From: Phoronis australis
Taxonomy: Eukaryota > Animalia > Phoronida
Assembly: GCA_002633005.1 (NCBI GenBank)
Contig: NMRA01000264.1
Location: 211,353-275,352 of the forward strand
Reading direction: 5' to 3'
DNA length: 64,000 bases
Shown: in pieces, positions 1 through 12,300 of the stretch
Layout of the letters: each line of letters starts with the position of its first letter
Numbering within the stretch: position 1 is the first letter of the stretch
Program-made: the position numbers and the translations under genes
The notes under the pieces: model-generated
Databases searched by the model: none
What the model was told of the DNA's origin: nothing
What the model saw: the letters and a program-made list of their open reading frames with translations, nothing else

Positions 1-209
1 TTTGCTCCCATGAACAACACTGATACTGCCTTGCTCTAATTTGCTCCCATGAACAACACTGATACTGCCTTGCTCTACTTTGCTCCCATGAACAACACTG
101 ATACTGCCTTGCATTACTTTGCTTCCGTGAATGACACTGTTACTGCCTTGCTCTACTTTGCTTTCATGAACAACATTGATACTGCCTTGCTCTACTTTGC
201 TCTTATGAA
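1..209. repeat. 39-bp minisatellite (tttgctcccatgaacaacactgatactgccttgctctac)n, interrupted by a transposon and resuming at 5386-5420
   Basis: About 5 tandem copies visible; the unit continues (atgaacaatactgatactgc) after 5385. Confidence 0.9.
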
Positions 210-517
210 CAGGGATATACTTAACCACTCGCCCAGTCGTCAATGCGAGTAAAAATGGTGCTGGGCGAGTAGAAGTTGACTTGCCGGTCGCCCAGGTGGC
301 GAGCGAATTTTCTGAGCGCAAAAACACTATAGTTTCCCAAATGAACATGAATACATTTTCTCCTCCTTGTGCTGTTTTTATCATGAATTTGAGGTTCAGT
401 TTAGTCAGCATGTCAATGCTCCGGCAGTAAAAAAACATCGGCGCAGTGCGATCCTACCGATTCAGTAGATGTCACCCATTACGCGTTCGTCTAGACAAAA
501 GAACACAGTGTGTCGTC

Positions 518-860
518 ATGCACAAAAGAATTTGTGGACTAGTCCGAAACGAAGAAAAGGGGGGAAGGCGGAAGACCGGTATGTCGTTTTTTTCGATTTC
601 CTCAAGAGCACACAATGCTTCGGAAGGGGTTCGCGGTAGTGAAGAATGAAAAGTACACCATAATACTAATTAAATATGAGGCCGTGAATCTTCTCTGTGT
701 CTGTGGCCGGCATTTCATCTACAGGGATGTTCACTGACGATTGAATGCCGGCTTACCAAACAGCTCATGCCAGGGCAGAAAAAGAGACTGAGTATGAAGT
801 CAGATGTTGTGCCTAGTGTGTTTGGGTTCAGTAGGCAGGAGACAAAACAACGCGGATCGG
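518..860 (+). pseudogene. Degenerate THAP zinc-finger coding relic (transposase N-terminus)
   Basis: Frameshifted pieces GMSFF/RFPQE..VCGRHF..ECRLTKQLMPGQKKRLSMKSDVVPSVFG, matching the THAP FxFP, CxxHF and AVPTIF boxes. Confidence 0.65.
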
Positions 861-968
861 TTGTTGATCAGTTTTTGATTATGGAGAATTGTAGCTGGCC
901 ATGGAAAGATAAACAATTACAATTCAAGGCATGAGAACATAACATTTTATAAATCTGTTTGATGGCTT

Positions 969-1380
969 ACTCGTTCGTCAGACTTCTGTTTGGACCTCTG
1001 GGTGTAGGATGTTTTCGCCAGTTCTTTTTCCCAGTCCCAAAAACATTGTAAGCAGACTTCTGTTTAGATGCGGTGCAAAATCAGGATGGTCCGTGAGATA
1101 CATCTACGCTTCTCCAAGAAGGCGTTTCACTTGTAGAATTTCATGGCAGCAAATGCAAGAGTCAGTTGTTTCCATTATCGTACAGTTAGCACACTTGACA
1201 CCATGACAAATCATTCAAGTGGTTTTCGTAACACTCATATGTTCTGTTGTCTGTACACGTTCATGGCGCCTCCCTTGTATTTCTTGATCAGTGAATTCCG
1301 GTTCGAACTGTTAGCTTGTGAAACCTGACGATCCGACCCATGAAGTCTTCGTCGGATGAGCACTCGTCTAAGTCGGGATT
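969..1380 (-). pseudogene. Degenerate P2X7 C-terminal ballast-like / KolX-like Cys-rich coding relic
   Basis: Frameshifted pieces QFEPEFTDQE..LSWC/KCANCTIMETTDSCICCHEI..RCI/TDHPDFAPHLNRSLL, ending at a ga|gtaagc donor. Confidence 0.65.
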
Positions 1381-1951
1381 GTGAGTTGCCACGGTTGACG
1401 TTTATTGTTGTGCACTGTGTTTCAAAATGAATTGTTCTCACCCTAAGCAATGCTTATATAAAACTGAAACAAAGATGCAATAAACTAATTGACCGGGCAT
1501 CTTCATACCGTGAATAATACGCTTACAAGGAAGTCACGCATTTCTAAAGCCATACGGGAATTTTCACCGCTCGTCCTTCTGAGCGGATTGTACCAGGATC
1601 AAAGAGAGCGCGGCGTCGGAATCAGGTACAACTGTGATGACTGCATTGCCCGATGCGAGCAAGACCCAATTAAATGTCATTATATGACCATAAACTGTAT
1701 TAAACATATCTGACTGTAAATAATGGCTTTCAAAATGCATTAACCACTAATTTTCGTTATAAATAAACACCACAGCGGTATTTAGCTAGAAAAAAAACAA
1801 CCAAGTACGGTTTTCGATTTTTAAAAATCGATGAACAAATAATCTAAAAACTACAACCATTGGGTACGATTGAAGATATACTACCGCACGTATTGATATA
1901 CTCGGTAGATATACAAACGCTGATCAGAGTTAACAATATCACATGGATTCA

Positions 1952-3220
1952 TTTTTTATGCGCCCACATACTTATATGTGGACGCATTATGTCGTCATCT
2001 CCGTACGGGCGGCGTCCGGCGTCTGCTGCTTTATCTCCAAAACCCTTTGACATTCGTTCATGAAATTTGGCACATATGTTCCATTCAGGAATGGGACGGC
2101 ATGAGTGAACTTTGGGACTGATCCGACTACCGGTGTGCCCTCTAGTGGCAATTTTAGTTTTGTACGCTTATCTTTGTGTCTTCAAAAGTCCTGAACGGAT
2201 TTTCGTATGTAGGCACCTATTAGTAAAATGACGCTATCCTCCCATTTTTCGGATGGATTCGACGTAGTTTGCACCACCTAGTGGCCATTTTTACTGTTTT
2301 CAAGTCTGTTTTTTGCGTCCACCCCTCTATCAACCAAACTGCTCAAAGGGTGATTGTGAAAATTCGCATGTATGTGCTTACTATAAAGAGGATGGCTGAT
2401 GATGATTTTTCGACGATTTCGACTACTGTGGTGCCTCTTAGTAGCAGTTTTGTTTTTGTTGTGCCTATGGCTGTATCTCCTAAACCGTTCGCAGGATCTT
2501 TACTTAATTTAGCAAGTGTATTTATATGATGTTGACTACGAATGACGATGACTTTCGGACAGATATGACTACTGCTGTGCCCCCTAGTGGCAATTTTTGT
2601 TTTTTAGGTTTAACTCAGTATCTTCAAAGGTCTTCAACAGATTTTCATAAAATTTTAAATGTAGCCATCTATTGGTGTGATGACGCTATCTTCCTGTTTT
2701 TGGATGGAATCGAGGTATTTTGCACCACCTAGTGGCCAGTTTTGCTGTTTTCAAATCTTGTTTTTGGCGTCCACCACTGTATCAACCAAATCATTTGAAA
2801 ATTGGCATATATGTTCTGAGTGTGAAGACGACCTTTTATGATGGTGACTGAGTACCGTGGCACCTCCTGGCGGTAGTTTTGTTTTGCACCCATAGTTGTA
2901 TCTCCTAAACCCAGCGCAGGATCTTTACTAAGTTGAGTAAGTGTATTTATATGAAGATAACATCAGACGACGATGACTTTCAGGCGGATCCAACGGACAC
3001 TGTGTCCACTAGTGGCAATTTCATTGTATTCCATTTTCCTTTGTTTCTCTGAAGTTCCTTGACAGATTTTTATGAAATATGGCATGTTCCTGTTTTTGGA
3101 TGGATTGTATGTTTTTGCACCATCTAGTGGCCATTTTTGTGATACAAATAAATAACCCTAAAAGCTCACCATTTGCAATGCATTCGTGGGCGCATTTCAA
3201 CACTCCGTGTTGCTCTTGTT
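1952..3220 (+). mobile_element. HINE/DINE-1-like non-autonomous Helentron, nested in the CAGGG element
   Basis: 5' T-run + subTIR atgcgcccac with adjacent inverted repeat, cgtcc-type microsatellite, internal tandem units, 3' gtgggcgcat + hairpin caacactccgtgttg + ctcttgtt. Confidence 0.8.
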
Positions 3221-5847
3221 AATATAATTTCAATCTGGTTTAACCAGATTTTTGACCAGGAAACCGTTGTTGTGCACACTTTTCATTTTTTATTGCTGAC
3301 AAAGAGCTAGTTATATAGTCAATGCCATCGAAATTGTCCAGAGATTCCAAATCTTCAGTTTGGTTATCATATTTGCACTTTTGTATATGTTTTATGATTT
3401 GAGTTCTAATAAAGATTAAGCTTTAATGACACGTGAAATGTTTAGTGTACCTGTATTGTGGTAAGTTTAGGGATGGGCTCACAATGAACTTAATTAAGTT
3501 TATCTGGCAATCAAAATCTAACACTGTTTTTGTACTTCAAGTTTAAAACTTAGATAAAAAGTTATCAACCCGTTCCTGGTTAGGAAAAAAAAACGTGGGC
3601 AGAAGCATTAAAAATTAAATAAAGAAAACCAATATGAAACTTATCGTTCCTTTGGGAAGTGGCCCTTTGTGAACATAAACACATGTTAACCTTTTTAGTC
3701 ATTTTGTAATATTTATAACGTACCAATTTAAAATTACTCTCCGGAGTTGCAGGCTATAACTCTGCAAATGTCAAAGAAAACCAAATTGGGGTTACTAACA
3801 ACAACCATTGTTGAGACAGTAATGCTAGCAATTAACTTTCCATTCCATTTGCTCAGATCTTCATCAATACAAAGGGCGTGCTGAATAGGCATCCTAAAAA
3901 TTGTCTGGGGCTTAGGGAATCACAGCGGTCACCAGTGTAAGTGAGAAATTCTCCACCTTGGCCATGTGAGCGCATGCTAATTCAGTGTTTGTTGACAGAA
4001 AGCTGTTTTGAAACAATATGTCGATTGTATATCCTTTGGTCATATGTTAGGGGAATCCTTATTTAGATATTCATATACATTATTCGAATCATTGTTCCTG
4101 TGCAACTTTTGCCCTGACGGTTTTACTGTGGAAGTGTAACCTGACTTCGTGGCCCCCGACGAGCTAGTAAGTAAATTTGTAGTTTTGCGTGTAATTCACC
4201 AAAATAATCACATGCACATTATTTCCTTGGCTCACTAGTAAAGTCTTTTTGTGACTGGAAGTTTAGTTTTTAACTTTGGCTGGTTTATGTTTGTGATGTC
4301 TTCGGGCCTGATCGGGTTCCGAGCCACTGGTCAGGATAACAAGTACCTTTTTGTGTTTACAACTGATAACAAGTGTTTTTTGTGTTTACAACTGAAAAAA
4401 TTTGCGAGTCTAAAATTACAACTCTCAGCTATGTTCCCCTGTCTGTATTTCACAGACAAATAATTCGAATTTATCACCGAACAGGGCCCAAAACTCCCGC
4501 GACCGACCTTGGTAAATTGGGCTACCGAACTTTGTAGGCTACGGTACGTTCCAATACCTATAAATCCGTAACAGCGAAATAAAACAACACATTTGTTCAA
4601 TAACACGATTTATTTGTAAGGGTTTTACATCGAATTTTGCTGATTTAGTGGTGTAAAACTATGAATTCAACCGATAAGCTGACACCAGTAAGGCTAAGCG
4701 TGTTGTGAACTGCTGAGCAGACTGCGTTCGAACCTCTGACGTCATTGGTTAATTTCAACACCTCCGTCTGCCGTCTTGTGTCAGGTAAAAGAACCGTACT
4801 TGCTGTTATCGAGTGGAACTACTCGATCTTAATTGATTAAAAATGTGTTGTTTTTTTGGGTGGCATTTTCCTTTAAGGAGGATTTCAGGTAATTTGTTGA
4901 GTCGAAACTGTATTTTTACTCAAGAATTCAAGTTGCCCTACCAACGATCGTGAAGCAGCGACGCATCAGGCGGCAAGTTTTCGCCGTGGGATTTCAGCAC
5001 ATTTTTTTTAAAAAAAGATCGTAATTTAACAACAAAGTTTGGTAGTAATGCACCACAGTTTTGTAGAAAGTCTGTCATAGGTTACAGATACGTCATAGCT
5101 CGTAAATTTGATTTCACCCATTGTCAGGTTTCAACTGCCTTAGGCTTCAACAAGCGCCCCCCCCTTCCGAAATGAATTTTTTTCTAAGCACCCTGGGCGA
5201 ATACGTTAGCCCTAATAGATGGCGACATCAACGCACAAAACAATGATTTTTATTGACCCTGGCAGCAAGTTTGTGGTGACAGAAGCAAAACGGCCGTGCG
5301 ACTGAATTTCGGGCTGGGCGAGTAGATTTCCTGTGCTCACTCGCCAAGCTGGCGAGCAGGGTTTTGAAACCTGGGTATTTCCCTGATGAACAATACTGAT
5401 ACTGCTTTGTACTACTTAGCACCTTTCACTTCTGTGTGACTTGTTCACAGGTTTGTAGAAAATCTTCCATTTTTGTCATGGTTTATCTACCAGAGTGTAC
5501 ATTTTTCTACACCATTCAGCAAGACTAAATTATATATTTTAATCATGCTCTTTACATAGGGGGCTTTGCAGTACACATGTTGGGTGGTTGACTGCTCATG
5601 GTCCAATCAAAAACTAGAGAATGCCTGGCGATACAGTTCCCAAAATTTGTACAGTTGTTAATTCTGCCTGAAAGTTATTCCCACTGATTTTTAGATCTTT
5701 GGCATGTGGGTCTCAACACTGTTGTGCCGGTTTGTAAATTGAAGTTTGATCATTTTTTCATTCAACATTATTGTCATAGTAGGGCATACCTGTTTATCTA
5801 CATCCAATATGGCTTTACTCATCTTCATATTTCTTGATCATTTTCAG

Positions 5848-5948
5848 TGCTATGAACAAAGAAAATGAACAAGGACCAAGAACAGGCTTCTTCTATAATT
5901 TCCAGCAAAAAGAAATGGTCGTCAGATTCTGGGATCCCTCAACAGAAG
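5848..5948 (+). CDS. AAR2: AAR2 internal exon
   Basis: ttttcag| ...AMNKENEQGPRTGFFYNFQQKEMVVRFWDPSTE g|gtagaa. Confidence 0.88.
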
Positions 5949-8900
5949 GTAGAAATTGTAATTAATTGATCAAACCAAGTAATTGCTTCTTCGGATTACG
6001 CGTTTACGTAGTCTGGACTGAGACAATGATAATGGTACCATTTTTACATTTGACTTTTATTGCAAGGTTGTGTTGTTTGTACATCCTTGCTGTTATTGAA
6101 CTACACTCTAGTGAACCACATACCTGGTTTTTGACGAAGTTTTTAGACAAAGTTCAACTGCATAGTTCAGTTTTCAATTCACAAAGAGTTCCATTTGCAA
6201 AATGAGGTATCCGCTAAATTTGAAAATATTGCATTTTGGAAAGAAATGGCATTTTTGGAGCATGCGTCAGTGTGGGATGTATCGAGTTTTGCTGAAAAAT
6301 GATTGAAGTTCCGAGTGGTCCTGCCAACCACCGATGTTGTGAAGAGTCGTTCTAAAATGTCAAATTTGGCAGATATTTCTTTTTGCGGTGAAACTCGTCA
6401 CATGGTTAAATATATTCAGAATGTTAAAAAGATGAGCCTAATATAGATAGATATCAATTTCAAATCTGGTTCGTGTTTTTTAAACTTCCTCGATATTATA
6501 CTACTTATAGAATGCATGACATTTTTATGCGCCCACATATTGATATGTGGACGCATTATGCCATCATTCCTGTCCGTCCATCCAGCCGTCTGTCCAGCGT
6601 CCGCTGCTCTATCTCCAAAACCGTTCTACGTACGTTCATGAAATTTTGCACACATGCTCCTTTCATGCATGGGGATGGCACGAGCAAACTTTCGGACAGA
6701 TCCTACTACCGGTGTGCCCCTTAATGGCAATTTTAGTTTTTTATGTTTTTTTGTGTCTGTATCTTCAAAGGTCCTCAAGGTATTTTCTAAAAATTGGCAT
6801 ATAGGCATCTATTAGTGAGATGACGCTATCCTCCCGTTTTCGGATGGATTCGACGTAGTTTGCGCCACCTAGTGGCCATTTTTACTGTTTTCAAGTCTTT
6901 TGGCGTCCACCCCTCGATCAACCAAACCATTCTAAGGATGATTCTGAAAGTTGGCGTATATGTTCTCAGCATGAAGAGGACGGTTGATGATGACGACTTC
7001 GACCACTGTGGCGCCTCCTAGTGGTATTTTTGGTTTGGTTTGCGCCCATAGCTGCATCTCCTAAAACCCCTGCAGGATCTTTATTAAATTTAGTAATTGT
7101 ATTTATATGAAGCTAACAACAGATGACGTCTTTCACGCGGATCCAACGAACGCTGTGCCCCATAGTGGCAATTTCATTTTTTCCGTTTTCCTTTGTTTCT
7201 CTGAAGTTCCTTGACAATTTTTATGAAATTTGATAGTTTTCTATTAAACAAGCGATGGCATGTTCCCCTTTTCAGATGTATTGGACATTTTGCACCATCT
7301 AGTGGCTATTTTTATGAATCAAATAAACAACCCTAGAAGCACACCATTTGCGGTGCATTCGTGAGCGCATTACAATGCTCCGTGTTGCTCTTGTTATGAA
7401 TTACAGAAAAACCAATTGGGTGCAGAGAAGACATGTGTGTCGTGCTGTTTCAAACTTGTAATGATGTCAAATCTAGTCGAATCATATCATCAGATGCACT
7501 TCAACTTTGTTTTTGTTTGAGGTTAGAAGGATTGTAGTTAAATGAAAGAACAAGAACTATGTTACCAGAAATCCAAGAGTGTCCGTAACTTTACAAACTA
7601 ATGGTTTCCAATTTTGTCACAGATGTAATGATGAAGCCCATGACAGATGAAGAGCTGGAGAGGTTTTCTCAGGATAAGAAAAACCTGGATTCTAATTTGG
7701 GGGCTTACCCTTACGAAAAGTAAGTTTTGCAAAAGACAGTTCTTTTTCAATGGTTGCTACAAAGTTTGATGTTGCCTAGAAAATTTTGAGCTGGTGAGCA
7801 CGTGCAGCAATTAACATATTTATGAGTTGGATTTATGCTTAACTCTGTAGTTTTTCTTGTTCATGCACTCAGGTAAGTTGGCGAATAAAATTTCTTGGTT
7901 CGTTTCGACTTACGTGCGAGTTTTACTGTAGCTGCAAACTTTGTTTTGTTTGTAAGTTTATATGTACTGGCCTGATGCACTTGGCTTTATTCAAATTTAA
8001 AGTTTTGTATTCCACAATCGTGGTAGGCATTTTGTTTAACACAACTCTCCAGTGTACTTTAAGCTACTTCGTTCACTGTTTTCAACATGCTGAACGCAAT
8101 TTGATGTCAGTCAAAATGCACTGGAGGAGAATGAACGAAAACTTGGTACCAACACATAAATCTCCATTGTTTCCTTTTTTCCTCTACAGCTACAAGAAGT
8201 GGGTTTCGTTGACGAGTCACATCACACCATCCTTGCTGACCAATCTCTTGCCACTTTCTGGTAAGATCTGCTCTGTTAAGGAGTTCCAATCAGAGAGAAC
8301 CAACACAGAGCAGCGCAAAGCTGCGTGTGAACGGCGCAGGGCTGCTCTTGACCAACATCACAGTGACTCATGTGAACGGAGCGGAGCTACATGTGAACAA
8401 GGTGTCAGTGGAGCTGAAGGTGGTGAGGTGAGCGTAGAGACTCTGGACGGATTGCCATTCATGAAATCTGTCCCAGGAACAGACCTGCGGTTCACCGCAA
8501 TTCCTAAGCAGAAGTTTCCGACAGGGGCCACTCCTCAAGAGGTCACTAAGTACAGCATGGACTATAGCTACGCTCTGGAGACTATGATCAGTCACTACAA
8601 GGAGACAGAGGAAATTCTGGGAGAAATGCAGTTTGCATTCATATGCTTCATTGTTGGACAAGTGTACGAGGGCTTTGAGCACTGGAAGCATGTTGTTAAC
8701 TTACTGTGTAACTGTAGTGAAGCATTGGTCACACATGACAGCTTGTTCAAACAGTTTGTAACGGTCCTGCACTTTCAGTTGAAAGAGGTCCCGCCAGATT
8801 TTTTTGTCGATATTGTGTCGCAGGACAATTTTCTGACAGTGACGCTACACTCGTTTTTCGATAATTTAGAGACATCGGATGCAGGTGATGGTTTGAAGGT

Positions 8901-9000
8901 CAGGGGATTTAAGTTTCGAGATCATCTCACTAAAACATACAAGTGGGATTTTATGTCAGAACCTGACGAGTATGCCCCAGTCATTGTTGAAGAGGGTTAA
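5848..9000 (+). CDS. AAR2: AAR2 (U5 snRNP assembly factor), 5'-partial; join(5848..5948,7623..7719,8190..9000)
   Basis: Spliced translation ..GPRTGFFYNFQQKEMVVRFWD..LGAYPYENYKKWVSLTSHIT..EILGEMQFAFICFIVGQVYEGFEHWK..QLKEVPPDFFVDIVSQDNFL..WDFMSEPDEYAPVIVE matches AAR2 family motifs; GT-AG junctions are phase-compatible; the N-terminal exon(s) were not found in the window. Confidence 0.93.
6522..7395 (+). mobile_element. Second copy of the same HINE family (one internal unit shorter), in an AAR2 intron
   Basis: Same termini (tttttatgcgcccacat ... gtgagcgcat..ccgtgttgctcttgtt) and collinear internal sequence with 1952-3220. Confidence 0.8.
7623..7719 (+). CDS. AAR2: AAR2 internal exon
   Basis: tcacag| DVMMKPMTDEELERFSQDKKNLDSNLGAYPYE aa|gtaagt; phases 1/2 fit neighbours. 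Confidence 0.9.
8190..9000 (+). CDS. AAR2: AAR2 last coding exon
   Basis: cctctacag|c tac aag aag tgg; open frame to TAA at 8998-9000. Confidence 0.95.
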
Positions 9001-9097
9001 AAGCTTTGTGGACTGCTCTGCTTCATGGGTTTAGCAGCATAACTTCAAGAAATAGTCATTATGCCTCATGAAATATAAAAATGAAGATCCACTGCCA

Positions 9098-9327
9098 GTC
9101 ATCCACTTTCAATTGAAAAGGTGCTATCAGATATTGTGTTGATGTCTTGTCACAGGATAATCCGACGATGACACCGCATTTCTTTTTGAGAATTTAGTGT
9201 GTCAGGTGCAGATGATTGTTTAATGGGCCAGAGATTTAAATTTCAGAATCATCTTTCTAAAACGTACGAGTGGGATTTGAAACCAAGCCTGATGAGTATA
9301 CCTCGGTGATTTTTTAAGAGAATTTAA
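9098..9327 (+). pseudogene. Degenerate tandem copy of the last ~235 nt of the AAR2 CDS, lying in the 3' UTR
   Basis: cactttcaattgaaaag..caggataat..gatttaaatttcagaatcatctttctaaaacgtacgagtgggattt..cctgatgagtat aligns by eye with 8764-9000; contains frameshifts and stops. Confidence 0.8.
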
Positions 9328-12300
9328 ATCATCAAGAACTTAATTTATCAGATTCTTGGGTTAAACAATGTGGCTCGCTTCATTTGTGTAGAGTTCTTGG
9401 CTTCCACATTAGAGAACCAGAACACAATGCCACAGCAGGGATATAGTGTGTGAAGAGTTGTACTTACATTCTCAGTGCTGTGAATATTTAAATGTTTGGA
9501 CTTACCATACCGTAGTTAAAGGTCTTCCTAATTATCGGGTGAAACAAGCTAAAGAGAAAATGTCTCGTGTAGTTTTTTGAAATTTGTTGTTAGTGAGAGC
9601 ATTTTAGTTACTTTTTACTCCAGTTATGTCGTTTTTTATCAATTATATCAAGCACTACTTTGCCCAGTCAAAAATGTCCAACGAGGATGAAGTTGTTTAT
9701 TAAGCAAAAAATACCATCTTATGAAGTCCATTCTGACCACAATACACCTGTACCACAGTACAACTGTACTGCAAAAAGATAATTGTCAACTATCCTCATT
9801 TCACGACAATTTTCATGACTTGTCGCAGAATTAATCAAAACTTTCAACACTTGTCATTGAGTAAAACAGAATGTCCCAATATTAAGGTAACAGTTGAATT
9901 ACTGAAGCAGCTCTCAGCATGGCTTCAAGCTAAGTAAAGATGGAAATTAAAGTAACAGAATTAATTCGGCCATTGGACGATGGTCTCCAATTAGACAAGA
10001 AGAACTTGAAATTCACTGGGTGGCACTGGTGAGACCACGTTCCTATCCGTATACATGCAGTAGCCCCATGGGACCATTGGCCGACAAACACCCACATGCA
10101 GATGAACTGCTCTCTATTCATCCAGCTATTAAAAGGAGGGACTTTAATTCATTAGCACTACTAAATGAATATTGACTCAACTATAGTTGGAATAAAAAAA
10201 ATAGACGAACTGGTGATGATGAAATATTTCGTGTTGTCATTTAAAGAAAAGGGTACAGTGAATAAAGAGTGGTGCATTCAACCAATGATGTGCATATTCA
10301 AGATGATAAGGTGAACCATTGTAAAAGAGTATACAAACAAACATAACATATAGTACACTAAGCATGCTATGTTCCACTTATAAAATAGTCTCAAGTGACT
10401 GGTTAAAACGCCTTGTGACCAGCAGCTCATGTAAGCACCTTGTGACAATAAATTTGCATGTAACATTCACTTGTTATTAATATTAATGTAGAAGAAACAA
10501 GACATAGTTATTCTATTGTACTGTATGATCAACACCCAGTAGCTACACAGACTACTTAATAAGTTATGTGTAAATGCACTGAGAAAGTTGACCTTTGCCC
10601 TTATGACAAGCATTTCCGAACACAAATCTTGCATAATGAAGTGTAGCATGCAGTCACACATCCAGTACATGAAACATGGCTGACAAGTGAACTTCTGTTT
10701 TATTAAATTTGTCCACAAAAGTAAAGATAAAGAACATTTTATCCTAATATAAGTATGGTTTGCAGTGAGTAGATGCCCTAAAACAACATTTGCTGAAGTT
10801 CCCATTATTTGTAAAAAGGTAATCGGTCATTGAAAAAAGGACATTTTGGCAATTGCTTTTGTCTGAAATGTGCAGTGACCTACTGTAACTCGCACAGTAC
10901 ATCACTGCACTGACTGGACACCAATCGATCTGTGAACTTGGGACTCGAATCCAGTCTACAAAAACAGCAACATCTGTGCCAAAGCATCGCACCATGATAC
11001 AAGTTCAAGGATTGTGACGGCAAGGATCAGACTTAAACCAGACTGCAACGCAGTACTAAGTGTAAGTGAGCAGAGGATACTAAATCACAGAAAAACCACA
11101 GCAGAAAGATTGAATATGTAATTTTTAACATAAACTGTACCACCACATGAACATGACAAGCAAGATGGCGATGTGTAATCATGAACCAACCATGTATACT
11201 GTACGGTATTAAAGCCCCATTCAGTGCTCTCTTTAGGTGCTTTCCCATTAGAAGCGAAACTTTGCTTTTAATGAAGTTTTGTTAAGTGGGAAAGGTTGAC
11301 TCCGGTAGTTAATCTGTAAACAAAATTTTGCTTAAAATGGTAGGATTTAAAAGTGCAGCTTCGGTGTAGTGGGAACAGTCAAAGCAAAGCTTTGTCAAAG
11401 TTATCAATAGATGTCGCAGCAACAATCTACATCAGGCGAAACTCGCAAAACATGTTCCTTGTTACTGTAATGTAAATAATGTGTTCTCAATAGACGGACG
11501 TAAATAAATAACAGAAAGCATATCTGATGAATAATGACACCGATCATTTTCATAAACACTCATAAATGGCAAGAGAACAATTTACAGTTGGCATCGAACC
11601 CACTACTCAATATTCATTTGAGAGTACAAATGAACTGTGTTGTCTGTTTTCATAGCAATATCTTTGATATCGTTTGTTAAGTGGGAACGGAAAGCAAAGT
11701 TTTGGCAAACCTTCAGTGAATCAAAGTGCCCCTAAAGGCAAAGCGACATTTGAAAGCCATTGTTTTGGTTTAGGTTTTGTAAGTTAGTGTTCCTAATGAT
11801 ATGTGATGACACCATGGACAGAATTCAGTTTATCAACTGCTAACTTGATTTATATTGAAATTTGACCTGATAGCACAACACAGGACTTCAAATTAAACTT
11901 GCCGGAAATGTTTTAACACAAAGTGAAAACATGTTGGCTAGTTTAACCCAGTTAAAACCTATGTCACACCAAAAGTGGATTAGAGTATTACACTACTTAA
12001 TACACAATATTTAGTTACAATACACGTGACAAATTAAGATTCATTAGGAACAGGCATGTGACTCTTGATGGATGGTGTGACTGCAAAATCAACCAATTTA
12101 GTTTCAAGATCCTGTCTTCTCACAAGTTATATGCCGTATTCGAAATTCATGTTTTGGGCATTTCAGCCACATGAAGCAAATAAAAGATTGAAAACTTGAA
12201 CGTAGTGAATATTTTACAGGGATCAAAAGCTAAGCACAAACTGCACAAGGCAAAATTAATTTTCAAATGAAATCGGTGATTTTGGATTGCACAACAAATT

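Larger units (their letters stand above)
210..5385. mobile_element. Non-autonomous TIR DNA transposon with CAGGG termini and 5-bp TSD (hAT-like, hAT5-type TSD length)
   Basis: TIR cagggatatac / gtatttccctg; TSD ATGAA at 205-209 and 5386-5390; subterminal ctgggcgagtag and ggcgagc motifs at both ends. Confidence 0.8.

Noticed and set aside
7975-8189. N-terminal 71 aa of the 341-aa ORF as part of AAR2
   Set aside because: Intronic read-through upstream of the acceptor at 8189; AAR2 similarity starts at YKKW
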